NCBI GenBank assembly: GCA_963847705.1
Contig: CAWKBC010000014.1
Coordinates: 96,001-160,000 of the forward strand
Length of the DNA: 64,000 nucleotides
Direction of reading: 5' to 3'
Origin: an uncultured Pseudomonadota bacterium
GTDB lineage: Bacteria; Myxococcota_A; Polyangia; Fen-1088
Shown: piece by piece, positions 1 through 9,831 of the stretch
Position numbering within the stretch: the stretch's first letter is position 1
Layout: every line of letters begins with the position of its first letter
Program-made: the position numbers and the translations under genes
Notes under the pieces: model-generated
Told to the model about the DNA's origin: nothing
What the model saw: the letters and a program-made list of their open reading frames with translations, nothing else
The model's database searches: none

Positions 1-593
1 AGGAGCACGGTGATCCCGGCGGCGGCCAGCTCCTGAAACAGCACCATGATCTCGACGGTGGTGCGGGAGTCGAGGTTGCCGGTCGGCTCGTCGGCCAGGA
101 TGAGGCGCGGGCGGGTGACCAGCGCCCGCGCCACCGCCACGCGCTGCTGCTGGCCGCCCGACATCTCGTTGGAACGGTGGTGGACCCGCGCCGCCAGACC
201 GACGCGGCCGAGCGCCTCCAGCGCCCGCTGGTGCCGCTCGCGCGCGGGGACGCCGCCGTAGATCAGCGGCAGCTCGACGTTCTCGAGCGCGCTGGTGCGC
301 GACAGGAGGTTGAAGCTCTGAAAGACGAAGCCGAGGGTCTTGTTGCGGACGCCGGCCAGCGCCCGCCGGTCGAGCCGCGACACTTCATCACCGTCGAGCC
401 GGTAGGCGCCGCTCGAGGGCCGATCGAGACAGCCGATGATGTTCATCAGGGTCGACTTCCCCGAGCCCGAGGAGCCCATGACCGCCACGAAGTCCCGCTC
501 CTCGACGATGAGCGAGACCTCGCGCATCGCGTGCACCTCGACGTCGCCCATCCGGTAGACCTTCGAGACCTCGTCGAGCTCGATGAGGGCCAT
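1..593 (-). CDS. ABC transporter ATP-binding protein (MacB/LolD-type), runs off window start
   Basis: Manual translation from ATG at 593: [16 protein letters not shown]...GSSGSGKST (Walker A), [36 protein letters not shown]. Missing from the ORF track because no stop lies in the window. Confidence 0.92.
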   Translation of the reverse strand, partial: MALIELDEVSKVYRMGDVEVHAMREVSLIVEERDFVAVMGSSGSGKSTLMNIIGCLDRPSSGAYRLDGDEVSRLDRRALAGVRNKTLGFVFQSFNLLSRTSALENVELPLIYGGVPARERHQRALEALGRVGLAARVHHRSNEMSGGQQQRVAVARALVTRPRLILADEPTGNLDSRTTVEIMVLFQELAAAGITVL

Positions 594-595
594 GG

Positions 596-1954
596 TCAGA
601 AGAGCCGCCGCATCCCTGGGGGGCCCGCGGGCGCGGCAGCCTCGGGCTGGCTCTCGGTGGCCGCGGCATCGACGATGAGCGCGTCACCCTCGTGCAGATC
701 GCCTTCGATGAGCTCGGTCAGGTTGCCGTCGGAGAGACCCACGCGCAGCGGGACGGTCTGCGGTTTTCCGTCGCGCAGCAGCCAGACCGCCCGACGATCG
801 TTGGGCGCGTCGCCGCGCCCGCCCGGACGTCCCCGACCGCCGGCTGCGCCCGGCCCCCCAGCACCACCCGGCCGCGCCCCGGCTCCGCCGCGAACGCCGC
901 CCTGACTGGCGCTGGCCTTGCTGCGGTCCGCCGCGTCGCGGACGGCCGAAGGAACGGGCATCCCCAGCGCCGTGAAGATCTCCGGGGTGGGCCGGAAGCG
1001 CATGGCCGCGTTCGGCACCCGCAACACGTTGTCTTTCTCCGCCGCGATGAAGGTGATGTTGGCGGTCATCCCCGGACGCAGCTTGAGGTCGGGGTTGGCG
1101 ACGTCGATGACCGCGTCGTAGGTGACCACGTTCTGCAGCGTCGTCGGCGCGTTGCGGATCTGCCGGACCTTGCCGCGAAAATGCTCCCCGGTGAAGGCGT
1201 CGACCGTGAAGCTGGCCGACATTCCGGTCGACAGCTTGCCCACGTCGGCCTCGGCGACCGAGGTGTCGACCTGCATCTCGCGGAGATCCTGGGCGATCAC
1301 GAACAGCGTGGGCGCGGAGAGCGAGGCCGCCACCGTCTGCCCCACGTCGACGCTGCGCGAGATCACCGTCCCGTCGGTCGGCGAAACGATCCGCGTCATG
1401 TCCAGGTTCACCTTGGCCTGGTAGAGCGCCGCCTTGGCCTGCGCCAGCGAGCCACGCGCCGCCGCCGTCTGCCCCTTCATCACCTCCTGATTGGCCTGCG
1501 AGGTGTCGTAGTCGGCCTGCGCGATGAGCTTCCGTTCCAGCAAGCTCTTCGAACGCTCGAACTGCCGTCCGGCGTCGCGCTCCTGCGCCTCGGCCTTGAC
1601 CAGGTTCCCCTCGGCCGCCTCGTAGTTGGCCTGCGCCTGCTGCAGCGACGCCTCGAACAGCTGCGGGTCGATCTTGGCGATGAGCTGCCCCTTCTTCACG
1701 GGCGAGTTCCAGTCGACGTACAGCTTCTGCACCGTCCCCGAGACCTGCGTGCCGACCTGGACCGTCACCAGCGCCGACAGCGTCCCCGTCGCGGTCACCC
1801 GCGCCACGATCCGCCCGCGGTCGACCGCCGCGGTGTCGAACTCGACCGGCGGCTTCTTGTGGGCCGCGCGCCAGCGCCAGACGCCGAAACCGGCCAGCAA
1901 CAGCACAACCAGCGCCGCGAGGGACGTCGCCAGCAAGCGACGCGTGTTCGTCAT
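596..1954 (-). CDS. Efflux periplasmic adaptor subunit (MacA/HlyD family)
   Basis: N-terminal TM, VQVGTQVSG...VKKGQLIAKID lipoyl half-motif, coiled coil, ISPTDGTVISRSVDVGQTV-like motif, LRPGMTA; directly upstream of the ABC ATPase. Confidence 0.9.
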   Translation of the reverse strand: MTNTRRLLATSLAALVVLLLAGFGVWRWRAAHKKPPVEFDTAAVDRGRIVARVTATGTLSALVTVQVGTQVSGTVQKLYVDWNSPVKKGQLIAKIDPQLFEASLQQAQANYEAAEGNLVKAEAQERDAGRQFERSKSLLERKLIAQADYDTSQANQEVMKGQTAAARGSLAQAKAALYQAKVNLDMTRIVSPTDGTVISRSVDVGQTVAASLSAPTLFVIAQDLREMQVDTSVAEADVGKLSTGMSASFTVDAFTGEHFRGKVRQIRNAPTTLQNVVTYDAVIDVANPDLKLRPGMTANITFIAAEKDNVLRVPNAAMRFRPTPEIFTALGMPVPSAVRDAADRSKASASQGGVRGGAGARPGGAGGPGAAGGRGRPGGRGDAPNDRRAVWLLRDGKPQTVPLRVGLSDGNLTELIEGDLHEGDALIVDAAATESQPEAAAPAGPPGMRRLF

Positions 1955-2103
1955 CGAAGAAAGGAACCCCACTGGGCCCAAAGATTAGATCGTTTCCCCA
2001 TTTTTGCTCCCTGGCGCCTCCTGGCGCCGGTTCTCGGGTTGCCGGTTCTGGGGAACGCGGCTCGATTGTTGCGCATTCCGCGCCGCGCCCAGATCATCTG
2101 AGC

Positions 2104-2721
2104 GTGCCCCAGAGCTCGACGCGACCGTCGTTTCTGTTCGCCCCGGGCGCCGGGGCGCCGGCCTCCTCCGCCTGGATGCGCGCCTGGCGCGAGCGTCTGT
2201 GGTCGGTCGGCGCCGAGGTCCGGACGTTCGACTACCCGTACATGCGCGGCGCTCAGCGGCGCGCGCCCGATCGCCTCCCGGTGCTGATCGAGGCGCATCG
2301 GGCCGAGCTGGCCGCGCTGCGCGCCAGCGCCGGCGGCCCGATCTTTCTGATCGGCAAATCGATGGGTGGCCGGATCGGCTGCCACGTCGCGCTGGAGGAG
2401 CGCGTGGCTGGCCTCATCTGCCTCGGTTATCCGCTCAGGTCGGGGGCGACGGGCGCGCTCCGAGATCAAGTGCTGCGCGCGCTCCGGACGCCCGTCCTCT
2501 TCGTGCAGGGGACGCGCGATCCTCTCTGTCCGCTCGACCTGCTGGCGGAGGTCCGTGCCGGCATGAAGGCCCCCAGCACGCTGCTGGTCGTCGAAGGAGG
2601 CGACCATTCGCTGGCGGTCTCGGCCGCGACGCGCAAGGAGCGGGGAGAGACCCAGGCCGACTCCGATGCCCGCGTCCTGGAGGCGATCCGCAGCTTCTGC
2701 CTTACGGCCAGAGCGCCCTGA
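2104..2721 (+). CDS. Alpha/beta hydrolase (KANL3/Tex30-like)
   Basis: GKSMGG nucleophile elbow, LGYP, QGTRD, GGDH. Confidence 0.85.
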   Translation: MPQSSTRPSFLFAPGAGAPASSAWMRAWRERLWSVGAEVRTFDYPYMRGAQRRAPDRLPVLIEAHRAELAALRASAGGPIFLIGKSMGGRIGCHVALEERVAGLICLGYPLRSGATGALRDQVLRALRTPVLFVQGTRDPLCPLDLLAEVRAGMKAPSTLLVVEGGDHSLAVSAATRKERGETQADSDARVLEAIRSFCLTARAP

Positions 2722-3697
2722 GCGCGCCGAGGTCGAAGTGACTCGCCCACTCCTTGGCCGCGCGCGCCATGATCACCGCCTGATCGCGGCGCCTGATGGA
2801 CGGGCGGTGCGCGAAGACGTCGTAGTCAGCCGCTTCGATCTTGTCGAGGATGGTGGTGCCCACCAGCCAGATGAGCGTCAGCTCCATCCGCAGGTCCTTG
2901 CCCAGCTTCTCGAGCAGTGGGCGGCCCCGCTCGTACAGCCCACGCGTACGTGTCACCTGGAAGCGCAGCAGATCGCGCAGCGCCGGCGTCATCTTGAGCG
3001 CCTTCAGCTCGGCCTCGCTGACGCCGAAGTGGTGCAGGTCCTCGGCGGGGATGTAGATGTGGTCGCGCGCGGCGTCGGCGGCGACGTCCTGCCAGAAGTT
3101 GGTGAGCTGCAGCGCCGTCGACATCTCGTCGGCGAAGCGAACCAGCGCCGGATCGCGGTAACCGAAGAGCGCCAGCAGCAAGCGCCCCACCGGGTCGGCC
3201 GAGCGGACGGTGTAGCCGCGCAGCGCCTGGAAGGTGGCGTAGCGGCGCACCTCCATGTCCATCCGGAAGGCGGTCAGCATGTCGTCGAGGGGCGGGATCG
3301 ACAGATCGCGCTTCTCGATCGTGTCGCAGAGCGCGACGAAAACCGGGTGGTCGGCCTCGCCGTGCGAGCAGCGGTGGAGAGCCTCCTCCCAGCGATCGAG
3401 CGCCTCGGTCCGCCGCCCCTCGTACTCGGGCTCGTCGGCAAAGTCGTCGGCGCTGCGCGCGAAGGCATAAAGCGCGGTCAGGTGCGGCCGCAGCTCCGGC
3501 GGCACGAAGCGCGACGCCACCGGGTAGCTCTCGGTGTGGGCGCGGACGAACTCCTCGCAATAGGCGTAGGAGCGCTCGACGGTCCAGGGACCGGGCGGGG
3601 GATCGAGCCATCGGATCGGCGGCTTCGTCACCGCCGCCAGCGACGGGGTTCCGCCCGCCTCAGTCTCGCGCCCACCCCGCAGGATCTGCCGGATCAT
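2702..3697 (-). CDS. hpnC: Squalene/phytoene synthase family protein, HpnC-like
   Basis: HTESYPVAS, LYAFARSADDFADE, SADPVGRLLL, ALQLTNFWQDV. Confidence 0.8.
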   Translation of the reverse strand: MIRQILRGGRETEAGGTPSLAAVTKPPIRWLDPPPGPWTVERSYAYCEEFVRAHTESYPVASRFVPPELRPHLTALYAFARSADDFADEPEYEGRRTEALDRWEEALHRCSHGEADHPVFVALCDTIEKRDLSIPPLDDMLTAFRMDMEVRRYATFQALRGYTVRSADPVGRLLLALFGYRDPALVRFADEMSTALQLTNFWQDVAADAARDHIYIPAEDLHHFGVSEAELKALKMTPALRDLLRFQVTRTRGLYERGRPLLEKLGKDLRMELTLIWLVGTTILDKIEAADYDVFAHRPSIRRRDQAVIMARAAKEWASHFDLGALRALWP

Positions 3698-4971
3698 GAC
3701 CGATCTCCTACCACGGGGTGGCCGGCGGGGCTGGTGGCCCGGCGGTGAAGCGCCATGTGGCCGCGCTGGATCCCTTCACCGGCGAGCGCCCGCAGCGCGG
3801 CCAGGTTGGAGGCCAGGCCCGCGCAGGCGACGATCATCCCCAGCGTGGAGGCGTCGGCGGCGCCGAGCAGCTTCTGCGCCAGGCGCGCGCCGGCGTGCGC
3901 CTGCAGCGTGCCGCCCACGGTGCCGAGCGCCATCGGCATCTCCAGCGCCCCGACCAGATCGCCCTCCTCCGCGCGCCAGGTGGCGAGCGGCCGGTAACGT
4001 CCGCTGGTGGCTGCGAAGGCGTGGGCCCCCGCCTCGACGCCGCGCCAGTCGTTCCCGGTGGCGATCACCACGGCGTCGACGCCGTTCATGATCCCCTTGT
4101 TGTGGGTGGCGGCGCGGTAGGGATCGTCCTCGGCGAAGAGCGAGGCAGCGACGATGCCGTCGCGCACGGCGGCGCCGTCGAGCTCGGCCGTCCCCAGCGC
4201 GCTCTCCGGGACGCGCGCCTTCACCCGCACACAGCGGCGATCGCAGAGGTTGGTGAGGATGCGCAGCCCGGAGCGCCCGCCGGCCAGCTCGGCCACCCGC
4301 GCGGCCAGCGCCTCGGCGACGGTGTTCACCATGTTGGCGCCCATCGCGTTCCGGCAGTCGACATGGACGTGGACCACCACGCGGCGCGGATGCGCGCGCA
4401 CCTCGATCTCACGCGCGCCGCCGCCGCGATCGACCAGCCGCGGCAGCGTGGCGTGGGCCAGGTCGATGAGCTCGCCGGCCGCCGCCTCGAGCCGCGCCAC
4501 CGAGGCCTCCGGATCGGCGATGTCGACGATCTCGATCTGCGCGGTCATGACCGGATCGTCCGCCTCGGCGACGAACCCGCCCCCTTCGCGCACCATCCGG
4601 GCTGCGTTCGAGGCGGCGGCGATCACCGAGGGCTCTTCCACGGCCATCGGCACCAGCACGTCGCGTCCGTTGACGCGGAAGTTGAGCCCCAGCCCGAGCG
4701 GCAGCGCGTAGACGCCGACCACGTTCTCGACGATCCGGTCCGCGGCCGCGGTGTCGAGCCCGCCGCCGTCGAGCGTCTCCAGGTCCTGCTCGGTCAGGTC
4801 GGCCCGGTGGCGCAACAGGTCCCGCCGCTCCTCGACCGAGAGCTTGTAGAAGCCCGGGAGGCGGGAGCTCGTGTGCGAGCCATTCTGCGAGCCATGGCCC
4901 GGACCGTTGTCCGAGCCCGCTCCGGAGTTACTGTTCGATCCGCTGTTCCCGCTGTTCCCGCTGTTCGGCAT
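3694..4971 (-). CDS. mvaA: Class II HMG-CoA reductase
   Basis: ENVVG, PMAVEEPSVIAA, AMGANMVN, YRAATHNKGIMNG, GIQRGHMALH. Confidence 0.93.
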   Translation of the reverse strand: MPNSGNSGNSGSNSNSGAGSDNGPGHGSQNGSHTSSRLPGFYKLSVEERRDLLRHRADLTEQDLETLDGGGLDTAAADRIVENVVGVYALPLGLGLNFRVNGRDVLVPMAVEEPSVIAAASNAARMVREGGGFVAEADDPVMTAQIEIVDIADPEASVARLEAAAGELIDLAHATLPRLVDRGGGAREIEVRAHPRRVVVHVHVDCRNAMGANMVNTVAEALAARVAELAGGRSGLRILTNLCDRRCVRVKARVPESALGTAELDGAAVRDGIVAASLFAEDDPYRAATHNKGIMNGVDAVVIATGNDWRGVEAGAHAFAATSGRYRPLATWRAEEGDLVGALEMPMALGTVGGTLQAHAGARLAQKLLGAADASTLGMIVACAGLASNLAALRALAGEGIQRGHMALHRRATSPAGHPVVGDRS

Positions 4972-5015
4972 TGGGTCTTTCTGGTCTTTCCAATTCACCT
5001 GCAACTGGCCTGCAA

Positions 5016-6039
5016 CTAATCCTGGCGCCCGAGGCCCCGCGCGCCGGTGATGATACTAAGAATCCGCAGATTGAGCGGCGCCACCCGTGCCCGGAAGGCC
5101 GCCGCCGAGTCTGGATCGGAAAAGAAGGCGACACCGACGTCACCGCCGCCCGCGCCGGAGGGCTTCGCCGCCCCCCCGAGCTCGTGGGCCAGCGCGGCCG
5201 CAGCGTCCACCGCCGGCGTGACAATCGGGAGATCGGCGTCGCGGCCGAGCGCCGCCAGGGCTTCGTGGGCGGCGCCGACCGCCTGAAGCACCACCCGGAC
5301 GTCAGCCGCTTCGTAGCCCAGCAGAAACGCATCGGCGGCCCGCCGGATCTCACGCAGGCGACGCGCGTGCGCCCCGGGATCGCGCGCGGCCAGCCGCTCG
5401 ACGGCGGTGACATGACCGACGGTCGCGCTCGGAATGCCGGTCGACACGACCACCGGCACGAGCTGGGCCGGCGGGACCAGCGCGCGCATGCTGGGGGCGC
5501 CGACCTCCGGCCGGGTGTAGGCGAGGACGCCGCCCATGACCGCAGCGGCGACGTCGGCGCCCGAGCCGCGCCCCCCTTGCGCGGCACGGTGGGCGCGCTC
5601 GGCCAGCAGGAAGGTGAGCGCCTTCTCTGCCGCGACGTCGAAACCGGCGGCCTCGAGCAGGACCCCCACGGCGGCGGCGGCCACGGCCGCGCTCGAGCCC
5701 AGCCCGAGCTTCTGTCCCCCGTCCGACAACGACGCGCTGTCGAATCTCGGGGGCCCCCTCCGGCAGCGAGGCGCCCGTCGAAGCGCAGTGGGCCCGGACG
5801 GCGGCGATCGCCTCGGCCACGACCGGCGTCGACGGCGCGGCGCCCGGAACGAAGCGCGCCACCACCCGGCGATCGACCGCCACCACGACGGCCGTCCCGC
5901 CGTGCAGCACGCCGTACTCGCCGGCGAAGAACAGCTTGCCCGGAGCGGTGAGCAGCGTGTTCGGGGACCCTAGGAGGGTCCCCGAGCCCCCCCGCGATGG
6001 ACTCTCCCGGGCAGAGCCCGGCTCCGTCCGCGCGCTCAC
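5016..6039 (-). CDS. Phosphomevalonate kinase (GHMP family), single-base frameshift near 5744
   Basis: APGKLFFAGEY in one frame; KLGLGSSAA, GSGADVAA and KPSGAGGGD in the next frame. Removing one base at GAATC (5742-5746) restores EIDSASLSDGGQKLGLGSS. Confidence 0.8.
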
Positions 6040-7044
6040 GCGGCCTCCTCGAGGCGCGCGCCCGGCCCCGGCGCCGCGATCAACGTCCGCAACACGCCCG
6101 GCGTCTCCGCCAGCGCGGCCGCGACCGCCTCGGCCTCGCGCGCGTCGCACAGGACCTTGACGTGCGGGCCGGCGTCGATGGTGAAGAAGGCGGACGCCCC
6201 TTCGTCGCGCAGCGCGCGCACGCGCGACATCGCCGCGACGGTCGCAGGGTTCCAGTAGAGAATCGGCGGATCGGCGGCCATGGCGCTGGCGTGCATGCGC
6301 ATCGCGCTCCGCTCGGCGACCGCGCCCAGCGCCGCCAGGTCCCGCCCGGCGATCGCGGCGCGTGCGGCGGCCAGATCGCCGTCGACGCCGCGCACCCACG
6401 CCTCGTAGTAGGGCGAGGTCTCGGCGGTGCGGCGCATGGCGGCGGTCGAGCCGAGCGCCTTCTCGCCCGCCGTCGGTGATCGCCACGACCAGCCGGACAT
6501 TCCAGCCGCCGGCGGCCTCCCACCCCGCGCCGGCCTCCAGCGGATGCGCCGCCGCGTCGGTGCCGTCGGCGCGGGCGCCGCGCGCCATCTCGACGAAGCC
6601 ACCGAAGATGGAACGCGCCGCCGAACCCGAGCCGAGGCGCGCCAGCACCGACAGCTCGGTCGGCGCCAGCGCCAGCCCCGCGGCGCCGGTCGCCGCGACC
6701 GCCAGGGCGGCGAACCCCGAGGCCGACGAGGCCAGCCCCGAGGCGGTCGGCACGCTGTTGTCGGTCACCACGGTCGCGCGCGCGGCGATCCCCGCCCGCG
6801 CGCGCACGCGATCGAGAAACGTCGTCACGCGCGCAGCCACCTTTTCGGAGGCGGTGGCGCCATCGAGCGTGATCCGATCGCGCCTGCCGTCGCCGCCGTC
6901 GAAGGCGACGCGCGTCCGCGTCCCGAGGCGATCGAGCGTCAGCGACAGGCTGCCGGTGGCCGGCAGGTTGAGCGCCTCGTCGCGCTTGCCCCAGTACTTG
7001 ACGAGCGCGATGTTGGTGCCGGCCACGGCGGTGGCGCCCGTCAT
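6036..7044 (-). CDS. mvaD: Diphosphomevalonate decarboxylase, single-base frameshift near 6470-6477
   Basis: NIALVKYWGKRD, SGLASSASGFAAL, ARLGSGSAARS in one frame; KALGSTAAM and FTIDAGPHVKV in the next. Confidence 0.88.
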
Positions 7045-8048
7045 CGCGGCGCTCCCCCGATCGCCGCCGCGGGAGCAGTGGCGGAAGTCGCGACGATGTC
7101 GGCCAGAAATCCCTCGAAGCCGGCGGCGCGCCAGCGGGCCAGGACGTCCCGGGTGTGCCCGGGCGCCAGCGCGATCACCGCGCCGCCGCCCCCTGCGCCC
7201 GTCAGCTTGGCGCCCACCGCACCGGCCGCGCGCGCGCCGTGCACCAGCGTGTCGAGCTCGGGCGACGACAGCCGCAACGCCGCCAGCAGGCCATGCGAGG
7301 CGTCCATGATCCGCCCGAGGCCATCGACGTCGCCCTTGGCCAGCGCGGCACCGGCGTCGTCGGCCAACCGCCCCAGCAGAGCGAGCACCTCGCCCGCCGC
7401 CGGCAGCCGATCGCGCAGCCGCCCCACGGCGGCGACCTGCGCAGCGGTGTCGCGCGGCCGCCCGGAGAGGCCGACGCAGATGGTGATCTTTTGCAACACG
7501 GGCACGGGCTGCCAGCCAGTGGCACGGGTGAACCTCCCGGTGACGCCGCTCTTGGCGGCGGCCGCGTCGATCCCCGAGGGGCTGCCGTGGAAGACCTCCT
7601 CGGCGGCCATGACCGCGGCGTCGACGGCGTCCGTCGCCTCGGCGCGACCGACGGCCGCGGCCGCCGCGCGCGCGATCGCCACCGACAGCGCCGCCGAGCT
7701 CCCCAGCCCGGCGCGCGACGGGATCCGGGCGTCGGCCACGAAGTCGAGCCCTGGCGCTTCGATCCGCCGGACGATCGCTTCGAGCGCGTGCCCGACCGGG
7801 GTGCCATCGCCGGCGGACGCCTCGAGGTTCCAGGCGGGCACGCGCAGCCGAGGCGAACCGGGCGTTCGCCCGATGCGCGCCTCGACGGCGATCCCGGTCG
7901 AGATCCCCGCCGCCAGCGCCGCGTGGCCGTGCACGACCGCGTGCTCACCGACCAGGATCACCTTACCGTGGCCGAAGCCGCGACCGAGCGGCGCATCCGC
8001 CCCAGGCTCGATTGTGGCCCCGGTCGCGCCGTCGGCGTCGGAGCTCAT
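7041..8048 (-). CDS. mvk: Mevalonate kinase
   Basis: [43 protein letters not shown]; ATG at 8048 overlaps the fni stop. Confidence 0.9.
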   Translation of the reverse strand: MSSDADGATGATIEPGADAPLGRGFGHGKVILVGEHAVVHGHAALAAGISTGIAVEARIGRTPGSPRLRVPAWNLEASAGDGTPVGHALEAIVRRIEAPGLDFVADARIPSRAGLGSSAALSVAIARAAAAAVGRAEATDAVDAAVMAAEEVFHGSPSGIDAAAAKSGVTGRFTRATGWQPVPVLQKITICVGLSGRPRDTAAQVAAVGRLRDRLPAAGEVLALLGRLADDAGAALAKGDVDGLGRIMDASHGLLAALRLSSPELDTLVHGARAAGAVGAKLTGAGGGGAVIALAPGHTRDVLARWRAAGFEGFLADIVATSATAPAAAIGGAPR

Positions 8049-9112
8049 CGCGGCCTCTGCGCCAACCAGGCGGCGAGCTCCCCGGTGATCACGCGCGGGG
8101 CCGACGCGAGGTCGCTCGCCTTCGCCACGCCCGTCAGCAGCACCGCCGCGCGCAGCCCGTCGATCACCTGTTGCAGATAGGCCTCGCCGCCGGCGCGCCC
8201 GCCCTCCTGAACCGCGCGCAGGGCCGGCTGCGCCAGGCCGCCCGCGCGCGCGCCGAGCGCCAGCGCCCGCGCCAGGTCGAGCCCGTTGCGGATTCCCCCC
8301 GAGGCAATGATGTCCACGCCCGCGGCCGGCAAGCCCTCGTCCGCCAGCCAGGCGACGGCCGCCGCCGTCGGAATGCCCCAGTCCCACAGCTCCTGCCCGC
8401 GCGTCTTCTCGGCGCCGACCGCGCGATGAGACTCGACGGCGGTCCACGAGGTCCCGCCCCCGCCCGACACGTCGATGGCGCGCACGCCGGCCGCCACGAG
8501 CCGTCGGGCCACCGCGGGCGAGATCCCGCAGCCGGTCTCCTTCACCATCACCGGCCGCCCCAGCTCCGCGACGACGCGCGCGATGGCGTCGAGCGCGCCG
8601 CGGAAGTCGCGGTCGCCCCCCGGCTGCGCCATCTCCTGCGCCGGGTTCAGGTGAATGCAGAGCGCGTCGGCCTCGACCCGCGCCACCACCTCGCGCACCG
8701 CCGCGGTGGGCAGCGCCGCCAGCTGCACGGCGCCGAAGTTGGCGAACAGATAGACCTCGGGCGCCGCGCGGCGCACCTCGTAGGTCGACGCCAGCTCGGG
8801 ATGGACCAGCATCGCCCGCTGGCTGCCGAGGCCAAACGGGATCCCCAGCGCGGCGGCTGCCGCGGCCAGCGCCCGGTTGATCTCGCCGGCCTCGGGCGTG
8901 CCGCCGGTCATCCCGGTCACCATCAACGGCGCGCGGATCGCCCGTCCCAGCAGCGTCGTCCCGAGATCGATGTCGGCCGTCTCCCGCTCCGGCAGCGCGC
9001 AATGCAAGAGCCGCACGTCCTCGAACAAGGTCGGCCGGTGGAAGTCGGCCGCCCCCGACGCCGCGATGGTCAGATGCTCGGCCTTGCGCTGACTGATACC
9101 GCCGTCCGCCAT
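8045..9112 (-). CDS. fni: Type 2 isopentenyl-diphosphate isomerase
   Basis: RKAEH, TGMTGG, GSQRA, HLNPAQE, VKETGCG, GGTSW, IASGGIR. Confidence 0.93.
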   Translation of the reverse strand: MADGGISQRKAEHLTIAASGAADFHRPTLFEDVRLLHCALPERETADIDLGTTLLGRAIRAPLMVTGMTGGTPEAGEINRALAAAAAALGIPFGLGSQRAMLVHPELASTYEVRRAAPEVYLFANFGAVQLAALPTAAVREVVARVEADALCIHLNPAQEMAQPGGDRDFRGALDAIARVVAELGRPVMVKETGCGISPAVARRLVAAGVRAIDVSGGGGTSWTAVESHRAVGAEKTRGQELWDWGIPTAAAVAWLADEGLPAAGVDIIASGGIRNGLDLARALALGARAGGLAQPALRAVQEGGRAGGEAYLQQVIDGLRAAVLLTGVAKASDLASAPRVITGELAAWLAQRPR

Positions 9113-9234
9113 GCCAGCCCGGTATAGAGCGTCACCCGTGGGCCCGGCAAGGGCTCGTTAACGCATTTCAAACTATATTGAACGCAGCGCGCGAGGGACC
9201 GGGAACCTCGAGGGCGAAGCGCTGTCCTATCCCC

Positions 9235-9732
9235 ATGCCGCTCACGCCGTCGAGGTTCGCGCTCTGGGGTCGAATGACGTTGCCGCTGCTGGTCGCCGCC
9301 GTTTTCTTTGGGCCGTCGATCGCGGCCTTTGCCACCGCGCGTCCGGTTGTGGCGCTGGGGGTGGCGGCGCCGCCGCCGATCCCCGTGATAGGGGTGCACC
9401 CGTTCCTCAGCCTGGATTACCGCTCCTGCACGGGCGAGTCCCCGCTGCACGTCGGACCGACCCATCGGACGAGCTCGCTCTCCGACGAGGCGTCGCTGCG
9501 CACCCGGATGAACGAGGCGGCCGCGGAATGTGTCAATCCCTCGTCGGGATACCTCGTTCTTTCGGTCACCGTCGACAGGGCCGCCCGGATCACGGACGTG
9601 ACCGCGGACGCCGGCGCCGACCAGCGTCTCGCGCGCTGTGCGACGACGTTCATGCGGCGCAGCCACCGGCTCGAAACCCGCGGCCCCGGGACGCTCGAGA
9701 TCGGCTACTTCATGGGGGGAGAACGCACGTAA
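9235..9732 (+). CDS. Hypothetical exported protein, C-terminus resembles TonB-C/AgmX-like domains
   Basis: Hydrophobic N-terminus; C..x..GYLVLSVTVDRAARITDV...ARC pattern; start uncertain. Confidence 0.5.
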   Translation: MPLTPSRFALWGRMTLPLLVAAVFFGPSIAAFATARPVVALGVAAPPPIPVIGVHPFLSLDYRSCTGESPLHVGPTHRTSSLSDEASLRTRMNEAAAECVNPSSGYLVLSVTVDRAARITDVTADAGADQRLARCATTFMRRSHRLETRGPGTLEIGYFMGGERT

Positions 9733-9831
9733 CCGTCCGTTTTTATGTAGGCTTTGGTGCCGGGCTGGACCCGAGGGCTGCGGCCGCGCGATTTCTTGCC
9801 CTGACCTGAACGGGTGGATAGTATCGGGTCC

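Noticed and set aside
596-1954. MacA-like adaptor as the missing HlyD for the C39 transporter
   Set aside because: It is 44 kb away and coupled to its own MacB-type ATPase.
5016-7044. Pseudogenes or programmed frameshifting in mvaD and pmk (likewise the C39 transporter, activator and rlmI)
   Set aside because: No other decay and no slippery heptamers; the shared GATC context points to a sequencing artefact.
5350-7044. Apparent MvaD-PMK fusion ORF (564 aa)
   Set aside because: Produced by the mvaD frameshift running into the pmk frame.
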